Below are positions 1 through 12,850 of a stretch of 56,949 bases of DNA, one piece after another. This stretch comes from Octopus bimaculoides (lineage: Eukaryota): assembly GCF_001194135.2 (NCBI RefSeq), contig NC_068986.1, positions 66,819,031 through 66,875,979 of the forward strand, in the 5' to 3' direction. The first letter of the stretch is position 1; each line of letters begins with the position of its first letter. The notes under the pieces are model-generated. The model ran no database searches and was not told where the DNA came from. It saw nothing but the letters and a program-made list of their open reading frames with translations. The position numbers and the translations under genes are program-made.

Positions 1-42
<42 letters not shown>

Positions 43-44
43 CC

Positions 45-620
45 TGCTATTACTTTCAACTTTAGAACCTTGATCGATGAGGTTATACCATATCCAATGG
101 CTCCTTCCATTAAGCGTTCCAAACTGTAAACTGTGATTTGAGTGAGATCTTCCTTCTAATACTTGCAGACACTTACTTTCAGATAGACCGTCGTCATCGT
201 CATGGATCGTACGCTTTTATAGCGCATTGATGATTAAGCGCGCGTTCTCCTATCGAATGAAACACGCGAGTTCTCATATCGGATGAGGCCATGGAGCTAC
301 GTCAATCTGATTTCCACATGATGTTTTCTTAGCAAGAATATTTGGGTAGTTCGCCATTGCGTTCCCCAACTGGATGGCTATCGGCCCACAAAGAGCTCAT
401 CGTACTTCGACATGTCTCACTTTTAGTCCTGCTGGACGTCCAGACATCCTCTTCACCAGAGTAGCCGGTTTAGTCGCCGACCACTTGACTACGGAACTTG
501 TAGTACTGGTTTACATGGTACCTGTAACAGGTTTTATCTGCTTGTGATGAGATCCCTGTCCTGACCTCCAGCTAGACAGATTCTAGATTGTTTTAAATAG
601 ATAACACAAATAGGAAGTGG
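45..620 (-). mobile_element. Highly degraded fragment, possibly the C-terminal end of an RLE-type (R2/NeSL/Utopia-like) non-LTR retrotransposon
   Basis: Manual minus-strand translation across frames gives QIFLLRKHHVEI / IDVA / IRYENSRVSFDRRTRA*SSMRYK / VYSLERLMEGAIGYG. This loosely follows the RLE order PD..D-V-x-F/Y-E-N...K..KY...GAxG. Many stops and frameshifts. Confidence 0.3.
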
Positions 621-2830
621 CAAGTGGCAAGAATATAGTTAAGACAACAAACACCTCATTCCTTATAGATTCGACTTCAGAATTTTACGATAGTACTTCT
701 TAAAGTGACATGGTTTCCCTCAAGTTAACCGAAATTTGCATTTAGTAAAGACAAAGTCTTCGGTAGTGTGCCAACCAAGCAGTCATTAAGTGACTTACAA
801 CTGTTTTGCACACTCCAGTAAATCTTCTGTTCTTTAAACAGGAATTGTAGTCTAATGCATTGATATATCTATCCGTAAAACTGTTAGTTGTACTGAGAAA
901 TATATCAATGATATCCTGCAGTTATATTTCAGAATATGCCGAGCTGCTTTTTTTTCAGAAACTGTTTGCAGTATATTCATCTTCTGCTTATATTGCTACT
1001 GATTTGTTAGTGTTGGCTGCCTTTCAGACGCACAAGTTTGCCAAAAATATATTCTCTCTGTTTATTCATTCATAATTTGGCAATCACTAACGTATTGGTC
1101 AATAGTTATTTTTTAATACCCATTACTAATGATGGTTTTCTTGATGTCACTATATGCTTTGGTAATCTCAAATCACAGCATCAGTGTCAGAGACCTTTGC
1201 CATGAATTTTAGATCCGGTGTGCATAGTATTTCTTCTATAGAAGCTATCGTAACATGTACACTTGAATTTTGCTGTTCAGGTACTCTTATCAAAAAAAAA
1301 AAAAACTTTCGCTATTCATCCGTTGTCAAACCGCTGTTGAAGGAATCTCCCATTATACCGTTATCAGTCTGTTCATACTGATTGTAAATTATACTGTTTA
1401 TACTGGTCACTTGCAAGTTGGTCGGGATGCTTCTATGATCAAATGAGTTTCTCTAGGTATCGGTACCTGAACGGAATTTGAACTTACAACAGAAACAGCT
1501 GGACGCAGATTCCCGTTATTCCACTGTCCAGAACTGATAATTAATATCAATGAAGTTAAAAAATAATTAATCATTCAAAAGATGCTTCCCAGAGTTATAA
1601 GTCTGGTAGTCAATTTTAGTCAATGATTCATTTCCTCAGCGGTTAAAGGTATGGAAGAATAGGCTAGCGAGAGATATGAGTGTTTGCTAGTGACAATAAT
1701 GCACGGTCAGTGACATAATAAAGACATGATAAATTGTTGATATTTCAGCTGTTAGTCGGCTGTTAGTCCGATACTCAAATGTTTATCACTTTAGATATTA
1801 CGGAAGCAACAAAAAGTTTATCTGCACACAGACGATATCTTCGTAGTGATATTAGTTCACGCCGGAATGGTATTAACACATTTTGACTCTTGTATCAGGA
1901 AATCCAATTGACAGGAGTCTATTATATTTTAAACAAAAACAAGGATGTCTACTTACCTATCTATCTGATCTTGAAAAATGAGTTTTGATTGTCGCATGTA
2001 TAGAGATATTATTTATACATAGAAAAAAACATAACGAGGATTTATGTCAAACGCCTATTATTAAAACTGCAGAAAGATTCAAAAGAGACGTAATGATTTT
2101 CTTTGCATGATTCATATCTAGCAAGGTATTTTTTCCTTGCATGATATCTTCATTTCACTTGAAATCTTGTGACAAATGGAATAATGTTTAGATCAATAGA
2201 CATAAGAAATTCGATAGAAAATTATTACTGTTATAAAAGAGAGAAGTAGAGTTATCAAAAAAAAAAAAAATCATAAACGAAAATAAGACGCATTCACGTT
2301 TTTGTTTTGCAAATCTTCGGCATCAAAAAGAATCAGTAGATGCAGCAATAAACATGCCGGTTCTTTTAGGAATTACTGCAAATCGGTTAGAGATACGGCT
2401 AATAGCTGCATGTTTTCTGATTTTATGATCTTTGTTTGCTGACAAAGAAAAACTACATCAATGCATATCCATAAAAGAGAAGTAAATAGACTCAGTCTGT
2501 TAAGCAGCGCAATTGATCATCATACATATATATGTGCATATACATACATACATACAAATACATACATAATTATATAAATGCATATATATAGGTATATATT
2601 TATGCATCTACATATGTGTGTTTGTGTGTGCTCGAGCGCGTGTACTTACACACTTATGGAAGAATAAGAATTTTAAGTCTTTTTTTTACCGTAAAAATTA
2701 TTGCTTATAACAAAAGGCGCCATTACATTTCTTTATCAGACCGTATTGTTACAATCTGAAAGTGTAGTTCTTGTAGAAATATATTGGTACAAAAACAGTC
2801 ATCTCAGTAAAGTACATATACACACACGCA

Positions 2831-2901
<71 letters not shown>

Positions 2902-2925
2902 TTATCTATCTGTCTACCTATCTAT
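2831..2925. repeat. (TATC)n microsatellite; representative of many (TA)n, (CA)n, (TATG)n, (TATC)n, (TTTC)n, (AAT)n and (TCCA)n arrays across the window
   Basis: Directly visible. Other examples: 1-38, 5575-5630, 12780-12848, 15499-15590, 15900-15968, 31750-31821, 40110-40290, 45380-45470. Confidence 0.98.
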
Positions 2926-3373
2926 ATGCCTGAATCCGTAGACATCTACAAGATGGAGTTCAAGAATTTATGACATTCTATTAGTATAGGAGCAATAAAA
3001 ATTCAATATAAAGAACAAAATCCATAACCAGTACAGACAATACCATGGACATTCGTACAAAACATACGCGTGTACACGTAAAAAAAAGCATAATACAAAA
3101 ATATGTATATGCACAAGCATTTACATATATGAATATGTTGCAAACGTACATGTTTGTACACCTAATATAAGTTTAGATATATGACTATTTAATAATACAT
3201 ATTAGTATTGTAATATATAATTTCCTTCTTCGGATCTATCTATCTACACATATATATTATATACACATATACATNNNNNNNNNNNNNNNNNNNNNNNNNN
3301 NNNNNNNNNNNNNNNNNNNNNNNNNNNNNNNNNNNNNNNNNNNNNNNNNNNNNNNNNNNNNNNNNNNNNNNNN

Positions 3374-3768
3374 NGTCTTGCAGGTCTCTCAAATGTTTTG
3401 GCAGGGAATTAAAGAGCTGAGGTCTTTTGAAACCGAGGCTGTTGCAGTACCTCGTTCTTACGTGAGATGCAGTGGACGGTACCTTTGGTACCATGCAGTG
3501 GCGACCTGTGCGGGCATTCTTGTAGTACTTGATGCCAAAGTTTGGCACCAGTCCTTGCAGTATTTTCCATATGTATATTATTTCATATCTCTCCCGCCTG
3601 CGCTCCAGGGAGTAGAGACCTAGTGCATTCAGTCGCTCCCTGTAGTTCATCTGTTGGACTGCGGCGATCTTTTTTGTATAGTGACGCTGAATTGCCTCGA
3701 GTTCTGCTGTTGGCTTGACACTGTGTGGTGACCACAACTGAGAGCAATAGTCTAGGTGGCTCAGAACA
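3374..3768 (-). mobile_element. CR1/L2-group LINE, 5'-truncated ORF2 C-terminal fragment
   Basis: [34 protein letters not shown]...MNYRERLNALGLYSLERRRERYEIIYIWKIL matches the CR1-type post-RT pattern (LEYCSxVWSP...LExVQRxxTK...YxERLxxLxLxSLExRR). The 3' end runs into a gap. Confidence 0.85.
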
Positions 3769-3896
3769 AATGCATATTAAATTGCATATGTGCGCATACA
3801 CATATATATATGTGTGTATATTATATATGTACTTATACATTTATGTATACATATACATATATATGCATACATACACATGTGTATATATGTGTGCGG

Positions 3897-3945
<49 letters not shown>

Positions 3946-5806
3946 AAATTATATATATATATATACATATATGCACATAAATATATGTACACGTGTATGT
4001 ACGTATATATTAATGGTGCTTATATATATATATATATATATATTATATAGTCTAAATTTATATAACATTCATATTTTGTACATACATGCATACATACATA
4101 CATATACACACACATTTACATACACGCCCTCTCTCTCTCTCAGAGATACGTACACACACATATACACACACATAAATATACAAATACACATTTATATGTA
4201 TATACATGCGCGTGGCGAAGTGGATTTTTGCATGTGTACATGCGTGGATGATCACAACAAAGTACCATTTAAGCTATCATTGCTACGCCTGACTGCCACT
4301 CATTAACATCTCTCAATTCCTTTCTAACCTGACCGTTGGTTTTTCATTGTTCCATAGAATCCTAACATTGTCGATAATATTCTCTATTTTGACCCACACC
4401 CGTTATTTCAACCCTTTAGAAAGAGAACTCTTTTATGATTGAATATATGTTAGTAAGTCATACAGTCTCATATATTGAAGCGAATGCAGCATTTATAAAA
4501 GAATTATGTTCGAACATGGATATATTAATAAATGGGTGTATTTCTGTATTTTCTTCTATTCACACATGCATACCAACATTCACTTACACTCTCTCATATA
4601 CACAGTCACAGATACACATACCCACACACCCACATCTATATATGCATGCGTGTGTATATATATATATATATGTACATATATATGTATTCTGTGTGTATAT
4701 ATGCGCATAAATATATATGTAAATATCTGTGTGACACACACACACATACACCCACACATATGTATATATACACACATGCACACATATATACACATGTGTA
4801 TGTATGCATATATATGTATATGTATACATAAATTATAAGTACATATATAATATACACACATATATGTGTGTATGCACACATATGTAATTCAATATACATA
4901 ATTTCAATATATAAGTACATATATAGTATATGTATATATNNNNNNNNNNNNNNNNNNNNNNNNNNNNNNNNNNNNNNNNNNNNNNNNNNNNNNNNNNNNN
5001 NNNNNNNNNNNNNNNNNNNNNNNNNNNNNNNNNNNNNNNNNNNNNNNNNNNNNNNNNNNNNNNNNNNNNNNNNNNNNNNNNNNNNNNNNNNNNNNNNNNN
5101 NNNNNNNNNNNNNNNNNNNNNNNNNNNNNNNNNNNNNNNNNNNNNNNNNNNNNNNNNNNNNNNNNNNNNNNNNNNNNNNNNNNNNNNNNNNNNNNNNNNN
5201 NNNNNNNNNNNNNNNNNNNNNNNNNNNNNNNNNNNNNNNNNNNNNNNNNNNNNNNNNNNNNNNNNNNNNNNNNNNNNNNNNNNNNNNNNNNNNNNNNNNN
5301 NNNNNNNNNNNNNNNNNNGTGATTTAGTTAAATCCCAACATGTAGAAGTAATACGATATCCCATTAATTGCCTGCCTACTTTTTCCAAACTTCGTTGTTT
5401 CAGTAGAGTTAATTGACCATGCGTGACTTCAATGTAATTTCATCATGTTATGATTGCACAAAACACCAGTGAACCGTACAAAAGATGAAATCCGAAAACA
5501 CAACTGTAGCATTTATTGAGATTTTCATCCGGCTTTAATATATATTATATATTTCAGTTGGTCGAATGTGTGTATGTATGTATGTATGTATGTATGTATG
5601 TATGTATGTATGTATGTATGTATGTATGTATGTGTGTGTGTGTCTGTGTATGTATGTATTTATGCATGTATATATGTATGTATGTGTAGGAGATTGTATG
5701 CATATATATGTGTGTGTGTATATATATATATATGAACACATGTGCGTATCTATATATACCTATATACACACATATATATACATACATAAATATACATACA
5801 TATGTA

Positions 5807-5838
<32 letters not shown>

Positions 5839-6608
5839 NNNNNNNNNNNNNNNNNNNNNNNNNNNNNNNNNNNNNNNNNNNNNNNNNNNNNNNNNNNNNN
5901 NNNNNNNNNNNNNNNNNNNNNNNNNNNNNNNNNNNNNNNNNNNNNNNNNNNNNNNNNNNNNNNNNNNNNNNNNNNNNNNNNNNNNNNNNNNNNNNNNNNN
6001 NNNNNNNNNNNNNNNNNNNNNNNNNNNNNNNNNNNNNNNNNNNNNNNNNNNNNNNNNNNNNNNNNNNNNNNNNNNNNNNNNNNNNNNNNNNNNNNNNNNN
6101 NNNNNNNNNNNNNNNNNNNNNNNNNNNNNNNNNNNNNNNNNNNNNNNNNNNNNNNNNNNNNNNNNNNNNNNNNNNNNNNNNNNNNNNNNNNNNNNNNNNN
6201 NNNNNNNNNNNNNNNNNNNNNNNNNNNNNNNNNNNNNNNNNNNNNNNNNNNNNNNNNNNNNNNNNNNNNNNNNNNNNNNNNNNNNNNNNNNNNNNNNNNN
6301 NNNNNNNNNNNNNNNNNNNNNNNNNNNNNNNNNNNNNNNNNNNNNNNNNNNNNNNNNNNNNNNNNNNNNNNNNNNNNNNNNNNNNNNNNNNNNNNNNNNN
6401 NNNNNNNNNNNNNNNNNNNNNNNNNNNNNNNNNNNNNNNNNNNNNNNNNNNNNNNNNNNNNNNNNNNNNNNNNNNNNNNNNNNNNNNNNNNNNNNNNNNN
6501 NNNNNNNNNNNNNNNNNNNNNNNNNNNNNNNNNNNNNNNNNNNNNNNNNNNNNNNNNNNNNNNNNNNNNNNNNNNNNNNNNNNNNNNNNNNNNNNNNNNN
6601 NNNNNNNN

Positions 6609-6656
<48 letters not shown>

Positions 6657-6756
6657 TTATATGTACAAGATGTCTAAAAGTCTGCGAGTCATTCGTTATA
6701 TAATTAGTGGGTATATTAGTATTATTGATATAATACTATATAATATTTTTATAATA

Positions 6757-7400
6757 GCCAAATTAACAATTGGTTTCATACCAAAGGTGGGAACGACTCC
6801 AGCAATCTTCAGAAATGGCTGATAGTCATAGTATGGTGTGTGCGCTTGTCAATGGAAACTTGATGATGTTACTGTATGGGATCAAAAAGGACACCTTATT
6901 ACATAAGATATGTGTTTGTAGTTTGGGGTTAAGATTAAGCTATGCGTGGAGTGGGGTAAATATGATGGGGAGGGAAGTGTGGAGCTGAGAGCTGGTGCGA
7001 GACGATTAGTTTCAGAATCATGTGTAGCCGTAACATGAATGTGTGTGCAAGGGCTTCTATATGTGAGAGTTGAATACGGCAAGTCTTGTTTTAATTCTTC
7101 ACATTACGGTTAGGGGAAACATCGGTGGAGCGTGAGTCAGCGTTTATATTTATATCAGCACTCATAAGGACAGTAGTGAAAAGCCCTACTTATAAATTTT
7201 TGGTTCAACATGATTCTATTCCCGGCAATCAGAGTATGTGTCTCGTATCACTGTTAAATTTATGTTTGCGCATTTCTAGTATCCTCCTAGAAATGTCGCT
7301 AGGTATGGTGCTTACTTCAATGTCTATGCATGTGATAATACGCCTCCCTTGAACCTTGGACGCATACTTGTGGTTATTGAATCTGGTTCTCAAGAGGCAT
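6757..7400 (-). mobile_element. Penelope-like element relic D: degraded GIY-YIG region plus 3' hammerhead-like motif
   Basis: Minus strand QGRRIITCIDIEVSTI...FNSDTRHIL*LPGIESC*TKNL*VG resembles the PLE endonuclease pattern CxxxRCxTC...FxCxTxNIIYxIxCxxCxxxYVG. A CTGAAGA...GAAAC motif follows at 6819-6757. Confidence 0.45.
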
Positions 7401-7488
7401 TATGTCGCACTCAAAACATGTATATATAATTATGTATGTATGTGTGTATATACATAAACACATACATACGTATACGCACACATATATA

Positions 7489-8620
7489 CAGGGGTTGGAC
7501 AAAATAATGGAAACACCTTAAAATTTCAAATAAATTAATTTTAATATGGGGTAGGACCACCTTTGGCAGTAATTACAGCTTGACTTCTACGAGGTATGGA
7601 CTCGTACAAAGTTTGAATGGTTTCCAAAGGAATTTCTGTTCATTCTGCAGCTAAAACAGTCTCTAGTTCTTGTAGTGATGATGGTGAAGGATAGCGACTC
7701 TATTTGCTTTTATAAAATGCACCATAAATGTTCAATAATACTGAAATCTGGAGACTGTGGTGACCAGATAAGGATCTTCAACTTCACTAGAATGTTTCTC
7801 GTGCCATTCAGTGACAACTTTAGCTGTGTGAATTGGTGCTTTATCATCTTGAAAGATTGCGTTTCCCCCCGGAAACATTTCCGCAACCATAGGATAAATT
7901 TGATCAGATAAAATGCTTAGATAGTCTGGACTATTAATTGAGCCAGCGGATTTCCAAGATATAGCCACCCACCCCCAGATTATCACAGATCCTTCTCCAT
8001 GTTCAACAGTTGGAAGATGGCAGTCTGGCTTAAATGCTTTTTTTTGGGCTGTCTCTACCCGTATACTCGGCCGGTGGTCGGAAATAAGGTACAGGATGAC
8101 TCCTCTGAGAAAATAACATTCTTCCACTGCTCCAGGAACCGACCAATTCTGTAGGTTTTTACTCCACTGTAAACGTTTAGCAACGTTTGTTTTTGAAAGT
8201 AGGGGTTTTCTGATTGCAGCCCTCCCGTGAAATCCGGCTTTGTGCAGATTTCGGCGAACAGTTTTTGTGGAAACTGGGTTCTCGAGGTGGACATTAAGCT
8301 CTGCAGTAATTCTGGAAGCTGTACTTTTGTGATCCTTTCTAACAATTCGCGTAAGAGTCCAACGGTCCCTATCTGAAAGTTGTGGCTTTCTTCCGGAGTT
8401 TTGCTTCGACGAGAAGGTTTTTCCTTCTTTCTCAAAGGCTGTCATTACTTTCGAGACAGTACTTCTTGATACTTCAAGCATTTCGGCTGCTTTCGTTACG
8501 CTACCGCCTGCCATACGAGCACCAACAATTTGACTTATTTGAAAGTCCGATAGATCTGTCATTTTAATGAATTTCAATTACCTTTTTCTGATGATATCTG
8601 AAAAGAAACAGCAATTTTAT
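7489..8620 (-). mobile_element. Tc1-superfamily DNA transposon, inactivated, DD36E-type (Incomer-like) triad
   Basis: TA at 7487-7488, then TIR CAGGGGTTGGACAAAATAATGGAAACACC from 7489; the other end is lost in a gap. Transposase runs from ATG 8562 (MTDLSDFQISQIVGARMAGGSVTKAA..., GRKPQLS) to TAA 7541-7543, with frameshifts. Motifs VIFSEES, FQDDKAPIH and SPDFSIIEHLW. Confidence 0.95.
7541..8562 (-). pseudogene. Tc1 transposase pseudogene
   Basis: At least three frameshifts, in-frame stops near the C-terminus, and the first catalytic Asp reads as Glu (FSEES). Confidence 0.9.
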
Positions 8621-9799
8621 NNNNNNNNNNNNNNNNNNNNNNNNNNNNNNNNNNNNNNNNNNNNNNNNNNNNNNNNNNNNNNNNNNNNNNNNNNNNNNNN
8701 NNNNNNNNNNNNNNNTATATATATATATATATATGCAAATGACTACATAGGAAGAGTGAGAAGGGCATGATAGAAAGATTGAAAGAAAGTGAAAATAATG
8801 TACAACTCTCAGTATCCTTACTGTTTGCGTATTTTGAACAGCATATATACACGAATATGGATACATGTTTTGATGAATTAATGGATTTTCATTTACACAT
8901 ACTAACTCGCACACACGCATACAAATATATGTACATATGTATGTATGTGTTTTTGTGTATATGCATGTCTTCCTGTGTTTGTGCGCTTGTGCTTGTTTGT
9001 GTATGTATGTGTGTGTGTGTGTGCGTGCGCGCGGGGGTTTATACATATGTATGTATACTTGCATATATTCTTCAACTTGAATTTCCATGCTCAATGTAAA
9101 TTACGTTAACCATGTGCACTAGCCACATATTTATATTGATCCATATATCAATATAGATGAAGTCCAATAACTGAAAACTCACCAATGGTGCTGTATAGCA
9201 ACCTTCCACCACAAACATTGCGCACACAGATACAAATATGACTGACTTATATACATTTATGTGTTTTGGGTTAATAGGGTCAAATGTTGATGAATAATAT
9301 TTCGCTCTCTTTAGTTTTAACTTTATAAAAGCCATAGAAGACCAAAAGATCCAGTCTTTTAAAAAATGTTTATGATATTCAATCTGCTAGATTAGCACTG
9401 AAGATTGAAGGTAAAGTTTGAGAAGGCCAAGTAACAGGCACGATTTTTGTTGCTGTTGTAGTCAGCACCCTTCTGAAGCAGTAAAATTCGTTCATTCATA
9501 TGTTTCCTTTACTCTACGTCTATAAATTTGGCATTGTTTAATGTTTCATGTATATAGGGTTATATTATCATACTTTTTGTATCATCATACAATCACTTCT
9601 AACTGTTAACCAGTGTTACACTACCTTCTGTCGAATCAGTTTCACTTTTTCAAGAAGGTCTAGAGTATACATCTATATGTAGAAGTGAACGTGCATAATT
9701 GGTGCTTGCGTCTTCTATATGTCAGTGCAAGTGCATATATGAAATGTGATTTGCACATAAAGATGAAGCGTTCAATATTAATAAAAAAAGACATGCTTG

Positions 9800-10075
9800 G
9801 CATCAATACTTGTTATGTACTGTACCAACAATGAGATTTAGTAATGCAACAATGATGTAGTGTTCAGTACTGTTGTGTTTAGTACTGTTTTAAAGATTGT
9901 GTTCAGTATTGTACCAAGCGTGCACTGAGTAATGTTACACCAAAGACGCAGTGTTAATAATGCATCAATGGTGAAGTGTTTAGTGCTACACCAAAGATGT
10001 AGTTTTCGGTACTAGACAGAAGTGCTTCGTTCTGGAATTAAGATTCGTGTTCAGTACCGCATTGATAATCCTGTC
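9800..10075 (-). repeat. Degenerate ~25-27 bp minisatellite (reverse orientation of the array at 11750-13230)
   Basis: Recurrent GTGTTCAGTA(T/C)TG and GTGTTTAGT(A/G)CT motifs, the reverse complement of AGTAC/AATACTAAAYAYT units. Confidence 0.55.
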
Positions 10076-10100
10076 TACTGAAAAAGAAATCAAGGCCTGA

Positions 10101-10396
10101 AATTTGGTGGGAAGGGAACTAGTATATTACATCGATCCCCAGAGTTTGACTGGCACTTAATTTATCAACACTCGAATGGATGAAAGCCAAAGTCGATCTC
10201 GGCGGAATCTGAACTCAGAACGTGAAGACGAACGAAATGTATATTACATCGATCCCCAGTACGCAACTGGTACTTAATTTATCGACTCCGAAAGGATGAA
10301 AGGCAAGGTCGACCGCGGCGGAATTTGAACTCAGAACGTAGCAACGGGTTAAGCATTTCGTCCGGCGTGCTAACTATTCTGCCAGCTCATCGCCTT
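10101..10396 (-). mobile_element. Two tandem copies of tRNA-derived SINE family A
   Basis: ATATTACATCGATCCCC...TACTTAATTTATC...GGAAT(T/C)TGAACTCAGAACG occurs at ~10124-10225 and again at ~10241-10340. The head GCCAGCTCATCGCCTTA is present only on the second copy. Homologous to the plus copies at 26191, 36404 and 52969. Confidence 0.9.
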
Positions 10397-10429
10397 AAGT
10401 ACTGTATTAATAATGATAAGTTTAGAGTA

Positions 10430-10645
10430 GCGCCAAGCATTGCCCCAAAGATTCGGTCTTCCGTTCTTCACCAGAGATGACATTTTCCCTCGCAGGATTA
10501 CCCATTTTTGCTAGCTGAGTGAACTGGAGAAACATGAAATAGAGTATTTTGTTCAAGAACACAACGCGTTAGCCAGTCCAGGAATCGAAATCACAATATT
10601 ACGATCATGAGTTCAACACCCTAACCTCTACGCCACGTGCCTCCA
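10430..10645 (-). mobile_element. tRNA-derived SINE family B
   Basis: Minus strand TGGAGGCACGTGGCGTAGAGGTTAGGG (A box)...TTTCGATTCC (B box)...TTGTGTTCTTGAACAA; the head is similar to the copy at 34858. Confidence 0.75.
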
Positions 10646-10659
10646 GTCAGCTTTCAGCT

Positions 10660-10862
10660 GGGTACCTTATCTTAATGTGCCGTCCGCAAGACAGAGAACC
10701 TCTCTGACCCTGCAACTATTGCCCTGTTGCACTCAATTCTACTATCTCTAAGGTAATTGAGACAGCCATTAACAACAATGTCCTCCAATAACTTGAATCT
10801 GTCCTCTTCTGTCTTCTTAATGATCACCAGTACCGTTTCTGTAAAGTCAGAGCTACTGGAGG
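10660..10862 (+). mobile_element. CR1/Jockey-group LINE RT N-terminal fragment
   Basis: With one frameshift: DPANYCPVALNSTISKVIETAINNNVLQ*LES...LNDHQYRFCKVRATG, matching DPxNYRPISLTSxxSKVxE...QYGFRxxRST. Confidence 0.7.
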
Positions 10863-12068
10863 GAGGTTCTTGTCTTGGAGGGATTTGGTCAAAACAGTTT
10901 TGTTACCCTCAACATAAGTAAAACTTCCGACTATGACTATAATATGAATCTCCTATGGATAAAAGTATTAACACCTTTATTGTACTTGATGTCATATAAG
11001 ATGCACTTTTTTGCATTAAAGAAAGAGGTCTCAGAATATAACCTAAAGTCCTATATATCAGCACCAAATGAGCAAACCTACAATAAAAGGAGTTCTTGTG
11101 CAATGAAAGTTTTTTTTATCAGATATAATGTATCAAATCTCTCTCTCTCTGTCTCTCTCTCTGTCTCTCTCTTTTAACCAATAAAATGAGATTTGAGGAA
11201 AATTTGGTTGATATTTTTAGCAGATCGAGGAACCAAGAGGAGCGGTCTCAGTTCGCTAGGTCTGCATTTAATGGCTGTCAGAAATGTCAATTTAAGTTTA
11301 TTTAAGTATATTTTTAAAACGACATCTTTGGAGAATATTAAATTTTGTCTGTGAATATATATATATATATATATAAGCACACACATACATACAGACATTA
11401 AATCTGAGTGATCACTTTAGTTTTGAAAATCTGTAGTCAACATCAATCTGATTATTATATTAATATTAGAGTGTTATGTGTCATATAACGGGTAACTTTG
11501 GAAGTATACTTTTGTTATCAAGGGTAATATCGGGAAATATGGCATGCACATAATAAATTTTGGGTGCTTACGCAAGATGGGGAAATATATGCTAATTTTC
11601 AAAAGAAAATTATGCGTTACATTAAGACAAAATTAAATACAGCGATATTCAAAAGGTGTGAACAAATTGAAATGGCGTGAACAAAAATATTCTCCATTTG
11701 CCCAATCTTCCCCGTGGAATAAAAGGAACTAACTAACCTAACTAACTAACGACAGAATATAGTATTACCACTACATACTAAAGCTATAGTATTGTGCTCG
11801 ATGTGTACGGTTGAGTGAAGTATTGAATTCTAGCAGCAGAGGACAGAACCGAATACAAGCAGTAGAATACAGTACTAAACATTAAGGGCATGTGACAATA
11901 TTAACTAACAGAAATAGAATACAATACTGAATATTAACCTAAAGTAAATACCTAGAGGAGAGTACGGACCTGGATGCTAACCTCCATAGATGCCAAAGGG
12001 TAGTGGTAAATCTATCTGTAGAGCTCAATACTAACGGTAGAGTACAATTCTAAATAGTAACGGTAGAT

Positions 12069-12290
12069 AATACAGTTCTATATTTAAGATATGGGGAATT
12101 GTGTACATTATTTACATTATTTACATTTGACGGATATTTGTCCTCATATTGTTTGTTGTTAACCCAACGTTTCGTCTGATATACCCTTCAGCCTTCATCA
12201 GGTGTCTTGGGGAAATTTCGAACCGGGGTTCTCATTCCTAAGGTATTTTTCGATGTAATTAATGTAATTATTATTATTATTATTATTATT
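12069..12290 (-). mobile_element. 3' half of hammerhead-bearing tRNA-SINE-like family H
   Basis: Closely similar to 30848-31050 (TACAGTTCTATATTTAAGA...TTCATCAGGTGTCT...GGTATTTTTCGATG); ends in (ATT)n. Confidence 0.9.
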
Positions 12291-12750
12291 GAGTGAGAGA
12301 GCAGTGCATGCCATCAAAGTGACACTGGGGTAAAATATACGAAGCCCATTATACTCATCATGACTACCCATCTGATAAGGGTACACCAGGCACATGCATC
12401 ACAACCATATGTGCGCGACATGGTGATCTCATATCAAAATAGCGCATGACCTCGCGGGTGGGGCCCAGTTAGAATTTTCTTCAGGTCGAGTAGCCCATCC
12501 CGCTCAAAAGGTTCCTGAATAAGGTTTGTTTAAGGATGTTGAGCAAAACACCCATGTTTCCAAAGGTGAATTATTCAAGCCCCAAAGAAATCCTCTCAAC
12601 ACATGGCTATGACGCTCCCCCACTACTTCTGCTCATGATCAGAGATGTACATATCTTCAGCCATCAAGGGACATGCTCAACTGGTTATGGTCAAACAACT
12701 GACAAGCAAATCTGTGGTATTAAGCAGAATATTTACTGTAGCCTATCTTT
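12291..12750 (-). repeat. Unclassified element with an (AAT)n tail, probably a retroposon 3' end
   Basis: Higher-GC complex segment whose minus-strand 3' end runs directly into (AAT)n. It is single-copy in this window and shows no convincing protein motif. Confidence 0.4.
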
Positions 12751-12754
12751 TATA

Positions 12755-12775
12755 CCCCAAGATTCTAGGCTGTGA

Positions 12776-12850
<75 letters not shown>

